Part shown: positions 1 to 11,803 of the stretch, piece after piece | How the letters are laid out: every line of letters starts with the position of its first letter | Position numbering within the stretch: position 1 is the first letter of the stretch | Source of the DNA: Tubulanus polymorphus | Taxonomy: Eukaryota; Animalia; Nemertea | Reading direction: 5' to 3' | DNA length: 64,000 nt | Assembly (NCBI RefSeq): GCF_964204645.1 | Contig: NC_134033.1 | Location: 12,718,655-12,782,654 of the forward strand | Translations under genes and position numbers: made by a program | Notes under the pieces: generated by a model | Database searches by the model: none | What the model saw: only the letters and a program-made list of their open reading frames with translations | What the model was told of the DNA's origin: nothing

Positions 1-310
1 TAAACATGTATTTATAAGACAGCCATACGACCATATTTCATTGCATTTTAGTCTCTAAAGTTCCCTAAATGCTAAATGCTTTGAGATAGTCCAGAAATTT
101 CAGAATGTCCCTCTCCTAGAACCCCCCGACCCGTATCAAGTGATGATCTGGCGATCACCGTGCATGCTCCGGCAGCGTTTCGACCGCTGGTCATCATCTA
201 ATGATTCGGTCCACTCGATCAATCCATCGGCTTAACCATTGACTAACCGTTGCCCCCCCCCCCGACTAACCATTACGGTCATCCCTCCCCTTATAGCGTA
301 TTTGACTTAC

Positions 311-1803
311 GGCCATCGCCTACAGCGCGGAATTCGTAACGTTTATTCGCGTGCTCAGGTTCGAAGACAAAATAGTTACTAAAGCTGTCCCGTCGTAAGC
401 GACTCCAATTACTGCCGATAGTATCGTCTGCCAAACGGTATTCTAATATCACACCGCTAGATAAGTGGGTAATACTTCCATCAGTGCGTCGTTTAGAACC
501 TGTTTAATAAAGAAAGCTTCATTGAGAAATAACCTGCCAGCAATATCATCTCAGTTGAGATAACCATAAAGCGCTTCGGATGGGCCGATCATATATAGGC
601 TACAGTCGGCAGTAAAGTTCACTCAATGAAAAGTTATTACCAATCAAGACCGATTCTGAGATTTCAACCCAGTCGTGGAAAAGTATCCGCTCTGAAACTG
701 GATCCCGGGCTGATTCGTGTGTTGAAACATAACATTACTAATAGGCTCAGCCTTTTTTCCGACGTATAATGGAATCAAATGAAATGAAATGGTCGACCTA
801 AAATATCGACGTCAATTTATATCTGGGACTTTTCAGTGCGTCGACTGTGAGACTAACCGGACGTTTGGAGAGTGACTGGTCGCCTCGCGGTGCTTCCCCC
901 GGAAGGCAGTCGTTGTTCACCTTTTATTCGTAGTTTCAATTTCCTACTCATGTCGTTGAGGTAGCTACATTTCCAATAGACTGCAGAATCACTTTCAGTC
1001 AGGTTGTCGATTATCAGTTTGACTTCTCTGACCAAACCGGCCTCTCGGACGCACTCGATTCGATAACGTTTGTCTTTGTCAGTATAGTAACAGCCTTTCG
1101 AAACCGGTCTCGAATTGGAGTTCCAAGATAAGGATTGTAGGTGTTGTTCTTCTTTATTTGCGGGGCTCAAGGAACAGATTAGCTCAACGCTATCTCCCAA
1201 ATGCAATTCCGTATCGGGACTAATTGAAGCTTCTAGACTCAGCGATGTCACGATATCCACTGAAAAAAATGATATAGTGTATATGTTTCCCATTTAGAAC
1301 AATGTTGTCTAACCATACAGTAGTGTTCGGTTGGAATATAGCTCGCGAGTTTCGAAGAAAAAAAACAATTGAAAATTAACGATCAAATATTTAACTCAGT
1401 TTTTATTTCCGAAGAGAATCAACGACTTGTGCGTTCCCATCGCAGCTTTTTCGATTTCAGTTTCATAAACGATCTTTTCAATTCTAATTCAGTTCCAAAA
1501 TGAATGCCAATAGGCACAAACGATGTATAGGCTGATGTAAAATTCGGATTTATATTTATTAGAAAATATTTTTTCATGCACAGTCTTACGTATATCCAAT
1601 GACGCGATAGATAGCTGTATATCATACTTAATTACATAAAAATACGTGAGAATGCTCCTATTTTTCTAATAAAATGTGACTAAAATTTCATTCTGAGAGT
1701 ATTGCACATCTGTAAACTTACGAAAGATCAACCACGCCGTCAACAGAGCTATGACGTATGAACGATGGTGCAGCTTCGGAGGGTATAAGTTAACAGAGCG
1801 CAT
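311..1803 (-). CDS. Ig-domain/FN3-like cell-surface or secreted protein, 3'-partial (continues past the left edge)
   Basis: Exon 1803-1722 encodes a signal peptide (MRSVNLY...LLTAWLIF). Exon 1259-921 is an Ig domain (VELICSL...LSW...LIIDNLTESDSAVYWKC). Exon 499-311 is FN3-like (ILEYR...W...YEFRAV). All are GT-AG and phase 1. A possible intervening exon at 797-641 is not open. Confidence 0.7.
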
Positions 1804-2539
1804 TCTTTGCCGAATATAAAATATTACACATACACGTACCAAGTAGCTCGATGGTATGAAAATTCCCATTTCGATCACCTCATTTGTGACGGAGCAGGGT
1901 TGAGGCAAACAAAACGATGAGGAAATAAATTATCAAATAAACACGATTTAAATGGTCTATTTAATCATCGCTTATTCCTTGTATTTCGTTGTAATGTATC
2001 GAACGAGGAAGTTATCATTCCTATCAATAAACTGATAAAAGTTTCTTTCTATTTGACCAAACTGTACGTGATTCATTCCATTATCTGTAACATCTCATTA
2101 AGCAAACAATCAAACGATTAATGTCTTTGTCAGCAGATATATTTAGGATCGTGATTTGAATGCTGTTTTTTGTCGCATTGACCCCGAAATGGCCGTCGAT
2201 TGTCACTGCGTCAACAGTATATGATACGCCACGCTCCATCCTCGCTTACCAGGGTTTGAATGCCTCCTACCAACGCTCATGCCAACCAAACCCTGGCCGC
2301 GCCCCAGTTTCTACATCAGTCCGAAATATTCTCCATTGTTTTGACTTTGCGTGGCTTCTGGTCCAACGAGGATTATCCGACCCCGAGCGTTTGTCGAAGA
2401 TTCAGCATCCCCGTGTCTCTCTGGTTGCAAGACATTAACGATCTTACTAAATCCCCTAAAACTCTGTTCTAAAAAAACTATTCAAAAACTGGTTCTCACT
2501 ATCATTATCATTATCTCCTCATTATCATTATTCTACAAA

Positions 2540-2760
2540 AAGAAAATCCGACCCTGAGGAAGAACTTCACCAAACTTTGTATAAGTTCCTACAACTTAAA
2601 AATTCAATAAGGCTGGCTTGCCTCTCTAACAATTTCTCACCCATCTTCGATTTTGCCCCAGAAGATGAGCAGCACTTCATTCTTTTCTGCCCCAAGACAA
2701 CCTTAAAGATCTGTTCTCTTTTCAATTATCTTACCCCCCATCTGTTGGCCTAATTGACTC
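2540..2760 (+). mobile_element. Decayed non-LTR retrotransposon 3' fragment
   Basis: Translates in part to EDEQHFILFCP, the typical LINE ORF2 C-terminal motif. Reading frame is broken. Confidence 0.45.
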
Positions 2761-3730
2761 GCTGTTTTGTTTTATGATGTCGTATGGTCAGGGTGATACA
2801 AAAGCCGCTAAGTAAGTTATTGATTTCACAAATTTGTGTACTGCTAGCAGGCATGGACGGATCCAGCCATTGACTATATTCCTTAAAATTATTGCTCTCT
2901 GATGCCGGTGGCAAAGCTCATTAAAGGGGGTTCGGGGTTCCTGCCAAAAAGAAATTTGAAAATTGACTCTTTTTCTTGTATTTAAATGCATTCTGGACCT
3001 GTTAGATTAGGTACTTTTAGAACATATGTTATTCACATTTTCTGACTATGTTCTGGAATGCAGTGGAGTTGCTTGTCAAAGCCGCCACCCTCTGGGCAGA
3101 ACACTAAGCCCCATAATGTATTAATAACTCTTGCAACTTGTCAACTGAATGTAGTGTGTTTGCGTGAGCATCACTGGGAGGATATCAAAGCCTGGCAAGC
3201 GAAAATGACCTCGCTAAGAACCTCTGTGACAGAAATTGTTCGCTGGTGAGGGAGAGAGGGAATGTGAGTGGAAAGTGGGAAGCAAGAGATGATAGTGTGG
3301 GAATGGAGAATGGGCCTAAAGGGAGAGTGGAGCGGCCAAGCGATAACGTCTTAGTTAATATTGTATATCCATTTCAAAATGTGTCTTCTATGCTCTGTAT
3401 CAAAGGAGCTCATGTATTAAAAAAATATCAATTATTTATGATTGTTTGTGATATAAGTATTGCATTATGGTTTACGAAAGCTAGATGTCACTAAATATTG
3501 CTGGGTGTTTATTGTTCGTTCCCGGTCGTTCGTCACCTTCCTGTACAGTACTTGCGCAACGAAATTCCTCCAGGGGCGACTACAACCAAGACTACATCGA
3601 TACGAGCTGAGCGGGTTCAAAATATTAAAGAGTGGTGAATAGAATTAAGAGACGAGTTTATCAGTTTTATTTTACTTGAGTTCACTTTTCTTTGTTAAAT
3701 TTATAGTGAAAACCGTAGTTTGTGGTAAAG

Positions 3731-3897
3731 ACCGTTAGGTGCTGCCGCTATGGTCATCGTTAGCGGATATTTCGTACACTAATATCAATCGACTGTGGCA
3801 ATCAGGGGACAGTGGTAGCACCTCGATTGCCGGAGTCGATAGAGGTTAGTGTACGAAACATCCGCTAACGATGAGCATAGCGACAGCACCTGACGAT
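3731..3897. mobile_element. Palindromic MITE-like repeat, copy 1
   Basis: Long inverted arms (aggtgctgccgctatg...catagcgacagcacct). A second copy lies at 8365-8530. Confidence 0.7.
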
Positions 3898-4384
3898 AGA
3901 CTGTAATAGTGCATCCACGGTTCGCCAAGCCAGTCTGCAATGGATTCTTGTCAGTCGTCAAAGTCGCTATTTGTGTTAAAACACGGATATATCGATGGGA
4001 ACGATGATTGCATCCGCGTGTGACTCGTTTGGGGTCGTGTCTAAGGGTCTGTCCGAATGGCAGGTACCGCTGGCGGTCTTAAAGATTCATGAATCTAGTT
4101 GCCGACACAGAGAAATATTTCAATACTGTTCATACGCAGTTCAAAGGAACTAATTTCATTCTAGTTACTTGAGACGATAGGACAAACTTCACCGAGCCTC
4201 GATTCATCAAATTCATACGAACGTTTTTATTATGCCACAATTCATCGATTTGAGCCCGGGTTCAAAATATGAAAGACGTTATTTCGGAAAGTGGTGAACA
4301 AAATCAAAGACAAAATCAGTTTCAGTGAGATACGTTCATTTTCAACGTGACAATACTTTATTCATTCAATTGAAACAAAAACAA

Positions 4385-6052
4385 CTAGCAATTCATTTCA
4401 TCTTTCCTGCCGATGCTCACAGAATCCGTTCCTTCGATTTGTTTACCGAATTCGTCCGCGCAGAAGCAGGCTGATCCGCGACACTGTACGGGGTTATAGT
4501 TGCCATTGTCGGCGCAGTCAAATGAAAGCCCGACCATACCAGTTCTCAGAAATTCAGCTTGATCTCTCGCGCATCCTGAAAGATAGACGTATTTCATTAT
4601 CTTAAGAATACCAGTACCGAAAAAAACGGAGGCAGATGTGCTCCAGGATTCATTAGATAGGCGGTGACTATTTTGTAGTTAAGATAAAGATAAGATGAAT
4701 GTTTATTCTCCTGACTTGAGTTAAGTATAAGTCAATTCTGAGAGTACATCCTATAGTTTGTAATACATACGACAAGTGGCGCCCTCTGTCTCCCAGGCGT
4801 TCATTCTGTGGTTAGTCTCAGTTCCATCCTTTCTCAAACATGTACATCTATACGAAAACGGGCCAAGAGCCGTGAAATTTAAAAATGAAGTCTTCATCTT
4901 AAAATATGACAACAAAGATGTCATCGGTGTGAAAATATTAGCTGCACATAATGGCCCATCACCCTCGCTTGCCAGCGGGGTTTGGTTTCAACCGGTGTAT
5001 CTCGGTTTCGGGAATGGCTAGGATTGATAGATATAGGGAAATCTTACACGGATCCTCGACAACGCATTCTGGAGTAAGATCCATCCTCTTCACAGTTCGG
5101 TACGCTTACGCCCAACATATTCTGCTGTGCCAGTTTCAACATCTCGGCTCGTTCATCGAGGCACTTGTCTGCATAATACAACAACGAAACGCATTAACGA
5201 CACCAGACTCAAGTTTCAAGAATGAGTTGAAATCTATTGATGATTATATCGTTAAATCACTGTGTTTTTTGATATAGTGAGGATATTCTGTTCCTGGTAC
5301 CTTATCTACTAAAGGCCCGGACACACTGGGCGATTTCGTTGGCCGACGAAATCGCCCAGTGTGTCCGCGGCTTAACGACAAAGCTGGGGTGCCTAGTAGG
5401 ATGACTTCAAATTCCCCGTTTGATATTTTCTTTCAGAATGTAACATATTGTACTTACAAGCGCAAACGCCTTTTTCCGGGTGGCATTTTGTGTTACCGTA
5501 GCATTTCCCAATAATCGAAGCTCCTAAAAGCCTGGTTGCGCATGTCTCTCCAATTTCTGAATGTGCAAAATATTGTGAGATTCAGTTAATTTGATGAGCA
5601 ACTTTAACCGAAAAAAGCTACCGAAAAATACGTAATATCAGATGGATGATTTACATGAAAATCCATCATACTTACATAAAAATCGAAAGAAAAACTTGAA
5701 ACAGAAAGTTGGTCCTAAGATGGGAGAGGAGATATATGAAAAGGGAACGGGGCGTTGGGAATTACAAACGATTGAACAGAGAGTGGGTGGGAGTGGGTAA
5801 TAGCTGGAACGTGAATGAACCACAAGTTTGCCGTATACATATTGAAGCAGGGAAGCCGTTGCTATATACGGACTTACCTAGACTCTTAACGCAAGTGTCG
5901 CAACAGCCACAGAAGCTGGACTTTTCGACGAGTTCCTGGCGAGGACCGCAGCCATTTATCGTCGGGCACTTGACCGTGTCGCAGTAGTTCGGCGGGCAGA
6001 CGATACCGTAACAAGAAACCAGTACGCTGCTTAATATTATCAGAAACTTCAT
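4385..6052 (-). CDS. Secreted Cys-rich protein: fungal-protease-inhibitor-1-like N-terminal domain plus two thyroglobulin type-1 repeats
   Basis: Five phase-compatible exons at about 6052-5878, 5556-5458, 5168-5048, 4847-4771 and 4575-4385. Signal peptide MKFLIILSSVLVSCYG. N-domain IVC..NYC...CGCCDTCV. TY motifs PNCEEDGSYSRMRCRGSVCTC and DCADNGNYNPVQCRGSACFCAD. Confidence 0.85.
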
Positions 6053-6812
6053 TTTTGCTCTGAAAATAGATTTGAAGAATAGTTCATTAGAAAACGTAAA
6101 AACCGATTGATTTCTTTGCGTCGTATTTCGCCAGTGATATTTTCGAATTTCCGTTCAAGAAACGTTCGTTTCGACAAAAAAACACTCACAGGGAAATTCT
6201 GCAATAAAATGAATTCAGAAAAGAGATTCACAAGTTTGTGTACGTGTTTTCTGAAAAAAAGCCTGTTATGTCTAAAACGAGCTGCGCCTATCGGATCTAA
6301 TCAACGAGCAGCAAACATGATAGGGATTGTAACAAAATCGGAAATCTACAGTATTTGCGATGTAAATATTTCATCTTTATCTGACGATTGAAATCATTGA
6401 TAGCAAATACATATTTTGTTTTACAACATAGAGATTGTATATGTGTCCGGTAGAAATTTGGAATAATTTTTCATGCAGTTCAATCAACAGCTTGAATTTG
6501 GTATGGACTAAATAAAGGCTTTTTGAAATTTCTAGAATGTGCCGAAATCGATATCGAATCAATATGTATCTAGATTGTGGGTACGAACAATACACCATAG
6601 TGACATGATTTGGTTTCAGACATGATGATGAAGATTCCTATTCAAAAATTTAAAAAGTTAACTTTCGAGTGCTGATGAATGTGGTTGAATGATGACGGCG
6701 TTTGCAAAAAAAATAGAAAACGTTTAATAAATGTAAGAACACTAAGAAAGTCCCGGCCAGGACGCTGTCGTGAGGGCGGTCAAATCAGGGCACAGTTTAT
6801 GATGATTGTCTG

Positions 6813-7916
6813 TCATTCATTTCGAAGAACAATTACCATAAACATCTTTCGAAGCTGATTTCGAAAGCGACGCCTCGAAGCGCAGTAGATATAGAAATTA
6901 CAAGACGCTACGATCATTCGTATCAAATTCTGTATCGGATAAATATACGTTGTTTTATTGTGTTTGCCTTTATAGAAACGTACGATATTCATTATGGCTC
7001 CTCTCAGAGAAAAAGTACGTTTCACTAGAAATAAACATGAAATGAGAACTAATGTCAGCGTTAAACTACGGTCGCTGCTGCTGCTGCTGCTGCTGCTACT
7101 GCTAAAAGTTTGATTATTTCTAGACATGGTTTTTCTCGCTTCTCCTGCGCGTCTCAACGTGAAAATCAACCGGATAGTTATAAGAATCATTGTCACTGTC
7201 GGTAGGAAATGTATTAACGGAGCCCGCACGAAAGTGGAATAATATTTCAGATAGACATTTCTGCCAAACGCCGTTAGCTTCTGAGTCCATCTGCCGTGCC
7301 CGGTGCATGGGTTACGGTACCGACGAGTTGTGTACCTTAACATATTTCTGCTACTGATGTCGGTCAAAGAAAATATCACGACTAAACTGACGTAGATACG
7401 ACTTCTCTCCATTCTTATAATTCGTACCGCATTTAGAGGCCAACAAACTACAATATATCTGTCTATAGCTATTAGTAATGTTGTTAGATCAGAAACACTC
7501 GCGAATATGAATTGAATAAATTGCGTGTACGAATAAATACGTTTCATGTCGTGATTGAATGCAGCGGTCATGTCCAGTAACAAGGTGTGAGTATAAAGCT
7601 GATACTGAAACTCAATGACCACATAAGATAGACACGTGAATAGATCGGCAACAGCCATGCATCTCAAATAGAATATACTGGTGTTAGTCGAGCGTTCTTT
7701 AGTAAGGATGATAAACGACAAAACATTCGCAAAGACGCCAGAAACAGAAACACTAAAAATGACGTAATTCATGACTTGTAGATAGAGGTTTTCGTGTAAC
7801 GGTTTGAAATCTGCATGATGAATGTATCTACACCGAGGATGAGGTCTAAACCCTCCTCTTTCAGTTGTGACGTCTGATACATTGAGGTTAAGCACGATCG
7901 ATAATGTATTTCGCAT
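6813..7916 (-). CDS. Class A (rhodopsin-like) GPCR, FMRFamide/myosuppressin/sex-peptide-receptor-like orphan
   Basis: 367-aa single-exon ORF with seven hydrophobic segments, TM1 GVFANVLS, TM2 MAVADL, TM3 AIDRYIVVCWPL, TM7 SCNFYIYC and helix 8 RRFR. Confidence 0.88.
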   Translation of the reverse strand: MRNTLSIVLNLNVSDVTTERGGFRPHPRCRYIHHADFKPLHENLYLQVMNYVIFSVSVSGVFANVLSFIILTKERSTNTSIFYLRCMAVADLFTCLSYVVIEFQYQLYTHTLLLDMTAAFNHDMKRIYSYTQFIQFIFASVSDLTTLLIAIDRYIVVCWPLNAVRIIRMERSRIYVSLVVIFSLTDISSRNMLRYTTRRYRNPCTGHGRWTQKLTAFGRNVYLKYYSTFVRAPLIHFLPTVTMILITIRLIFTLRRAGEARKTMSRNNQTFSSSSSSSSSSDRSLTLTLVLISCLFLVKRTFSLRGAIMNIVRFYKGKHNKTTYIYPIQNLIRMIVASCNFYIYCASRRRFRNQLRKMFMVIVLRNE

Positions 7917-8364
7917 TCCAATTAAGTATACACCAGAAGAGAGAAAGTTACAATATGATAGAAATGAAAATAGAGAATGATGAAGGCAGATATAGGCGGC
8001 TGGATGAAACTTATATAGCTACAGTGCTGACTAGTAAGATCAGGACAGTCCCGGATATCAGTGAATTCCATATCCAATTAGCAAACACTCTGGCTGATAT
8101 TTTAGCAGCGGTTTTTTCTACGGGGTTTAGATTTCTAATTGAGAAACACGTGAAATTACGTTTGATAAAATTCATATCAAAAAGAATATGCTGATCTTCA
8201 TAATGATATATTCAAAATATATCACATAGTGATTTGACATATTTCCAAACGAAATCTTCCTCGCGTAGCTCCAACGTGGTTCGTTAACTCGACGTAAAAT
8301 GATTACTGTGAAGTTTTTATCAGACGTACCTAATCCGAGTAAAAGCCCTAGTTTGAAGTAAAGA

Positions 8365-8530
8365 CCGTCAAGTGCTGCCGCTATGCTCATCGTTAGCGGA
8401 TTGTTTGTACACTAATGTCAATCGACTGTGGCAATCAGCGGACAGCGGTAGCACCTCGCCTGCCGGAGTCGATTGATGTTAGTGTATAAAAATTACGCTA
8501 ACTATGAGCATAGCGGCAGCACCTTACGGT
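8365..8530. mobile_element. Palindromic MITE-like repeat, copy 2
   Basis: Aligns by eye to 3731-3897. Confidence 0.7.
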
Positions 8531-9639
8531 ATAGTTAGTAGTACACTACGATTCGCCCGTGTCCCGCGCGAAGGCGGTCTGTCAACCAGAAAATAAAGGC
8601 CCATCTTAAGAGTTAAAACTCAAAGAATCATTAAATTAGTTACCGCAGAGAAATATTTCACGGCCATACTGTTTTTACAAAGTTCTACCCACTTACTTAC
8701 TTACTTACTGGACCAGACCGATGTGACTCCAACTTTGAGACGGAGGCGACCGTGTGAAATAACGGCCTCGATTTATCAAATTTATACGAACGTTTTTATC
8801 AGAAACAACTGTAGAATATGGCTATAAATTTTCCGTCGAAATCTATAGCGACCACGGCGACTAAAGTTACGGGAGATAAGAGATAAGGAAATTGAGTGCC
8901 ACACGGCGTGTGGCGTTTATCAAAAACTCGTTTTACGATCAGACGACTCGCCGTGCGTTTGAAATTGGTTTCAACTTACTTTGACCCTACGTAATCAAAA
9001 TTTGGAGTTGTTGACTTCGAATATAACTGAAACTAATTGAAATTGAACTGATATGTACAACTCTAGCCATATCCAATAAACTGACTCTGGCCGGTCTTTG
9101 CGCACGCTTTATGGTACCGAAGTCCCTAATAAAAAAGAAATGGGCCCATGTAAAATTATCTTTATCGTGCGTCTAGCTCTGTACAGAACATACTTTCACA
9201 AACGCACTTAAATATATAGAATATGCTTCCAAATAGATGAACGAGGTATTATTATACATACGTGTATAGAGGCCTGCTTGTTTTCCAAGTGCGTCGAGTA
9301 TTTGCGACGTAGAAACTACGCACTATTTATGCATGCGTAGGCGTGTCTTAAAAAAAAATTCATTATCAGAACACAGTAGGCCTAGGCCCTACATAACGTT
9401 AAGTCCTTTAAACCATGTGTTTATATACGCATACCTCTATAAGACATAAGCCCTACCGTTGTAATAGAAATCTAGAATATCCCTCTCGGATGCGTTATAG
9501 TCTAGTCCGGTACGTGTAATGATGAGTAAGCGCTGAACTAAATATTTTGTATTGACGCTAGTGGAATTTATGGTAGCAATTCAAAACGCAACTAACTACC
9601 AGCATAGTTATAAATAGATCAAGTTTTAAACACAAGAGT

Positions 9640-10255
9640 GATTATTATGATCGTATAACTGAATTTATTTGACGAATTACACACGCGGGCTGATGACCTT
9701 TGAATGACAAATGGAATGTAGGCGACATAAATTAAGTCGACCTGATTAGGAGAATATCCGATCGTGAAGTTCCGTGTTGAAAGTCCAATCCCTGGACCGT
9801 GTGCCGTATGTACGGGTTCTATCAATCCGCTGTCTCAGTCTGTATCCACCCTCTCATAGACAATCAACAGACTATAGCCATCCTGACAAAAATGATCTTC
9901 AAACCTGTCAGCAATTCAATTACCCTACGCCACTGACTGACATCCGGCATCAGTAGAATAAGTTAAATACCAGTAATTACCATGCTTGTATAACAGTATA
10001 ACTGAATTTATATGGCGACTTATACACGAACTGATGACCCCTAAATGACAAATGGAATGTACATATAGATTAAGTCGACCCGATTAGGATATATCCGAGT
10101 GAAATTCCGTCGGACTCCGGCGCTAAGTCCAGTCCCCACTGGTGCAGGTATCAATGATCTGCTGTCTGTCATCAATCGGCTGTCTGCCATCCTTAGACAA
10201 TCGACAGACTATCGTCATCCTGACAAAAATGACCGTCAACACTTCATCAGCTTTT
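9640..10255. repeat. Diverged tandem duplication, about 340-bp period
   Basis: ctgatgacc...aatgacaaatggaatgta...ttaagtcgacc...catcctgacaaaaatga occurs twice, near 9690 and 10031. Confidence 0.7.
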
Positions 10256-11580
10256 AAGTGGGCAGCTCAAAAACCGATCGCCAAACCCTCGCCAGCTCTC
10301 AGAGCGGCCTGGGTCACCTTTTAATTGAAAATGAAATAAATTTTTTACCTGACCCTATTGAGACGTCCTCGGCAAAATATATATTTCAACGAGGCGATAA
10401 TCTTCAACTTCAAAAACAATTTTTTATTGTTTTCTTAAATTTCACATAGCAACGTAAGCGATATTTCATACACATTTCACCGTTAGCAGCAGTCGTTCAC
10501 ATACATTGACAAATACTGTATTTTATGTACGTACGTCTTAACGAGGCTAAACTAAGATATATAACTATACTTTCTAAATCTAACCGTTTAACAATAAAAT
10601 AAATAAACATTAATAACATTATTGAATATCATATCGTACATATATGTGTATATGTAAAGGTATAAAATACACTGAAGGAAGATGAAGGAAGATTTTATTC
10701 ATGCTTGGAAGTGAAGTATACTATGGACCTGTTTCTGACCACGTTCTGGGTAACGGGACAGTATGATCCACCGTTGAGTCGCGTCAACTTATGAGATTAA
10801 AATACGAACTTTCGGATTGAGTAGACGCCCTTGACCTTGGTGATAGCGCGCGCGTAGGAATCGTTGAGGCGTGACAAAACTTATAAGCCACGACCACGCG
10901 CATTTTGCTAGGGATAAATTTGGTTCGTGCTAGTTTAGGCCCGGACCTGTTTAACCAATTCGTCTCCATGTGATCGCGGCTATTTTGTTTGATCATGGAC
11001 TCTTCGTTGTAGAGTCCATGGTTTGACCATCGATATTGGGTTGTGACGACAACGAAAGCACATGGATGCAAGATCTCTTGTACCTGTTTCACCGAGGAGG
11101 CCACCCATTTGTCAATTACAATGGATAAAAGGAGTATTGTTTTCTAAGTTCAGAGTATTCGTTTTCTAGTACTGGCATTCTTAGCAATAAACATTATCTT
11201 TTTATCGGAAGGAAAATATCTACACTGGTATCGTTTGGACAATAGTCACACCCGCCACCACAATTTAGAAGGCATTATATCAGCAGCCTGGACCCACCCC
11301 CTGGAACGTTTAATGATTTATCAATAATCATTTGTCTATTTGGACCCCCACAACATAGTCACCGGGACTCAGCGTCGAGTTAAGTGTTAACTCAAAGAAA
11401 ATGAATTAATTTCAGATCAAGAGTTAACTCTAAGCCTCAACTGTGGAACTGGGTCCAGAGATAACTCTAACTTACAAGTGTAAAACTGGATCCAGCAGTC
11501 AACCAATTTATGGTCTTCACGCAATCAGGACCTCAGACAAAAGTGAACAACAAATACACTACACAAATGCCAGTAAGTTA

Positions 11581-11803
11581 GGCCAAAAAAAAATTGATAC
11601 CTTGTTTCTCCGCTCTGCTGAGCTTAAATTTTGATCCGGCCGGCCGCCTATCTACCCTATACATTACTCTTTTTTTTAAATCGTGATCAATTTCACCATA
11701 ACAGACCCGGCCGCTATAGAAATGAACTGTTTATAAATTTTATCATATTTTACAAAAATGACCCGGCCGCTGCGGAGAAACAAGGTATCATTTTTGTTTA
11801 GCC
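11581..11803. mobile_element. PIF/Harbinger-type MITE
   Basis: TIRs GG(C/T)..aaa..tgataccttgtttctccgc, flanked on both sides by TTA. A near-identical inverted copy lies at 26877-27096. Confidence 0.85.
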
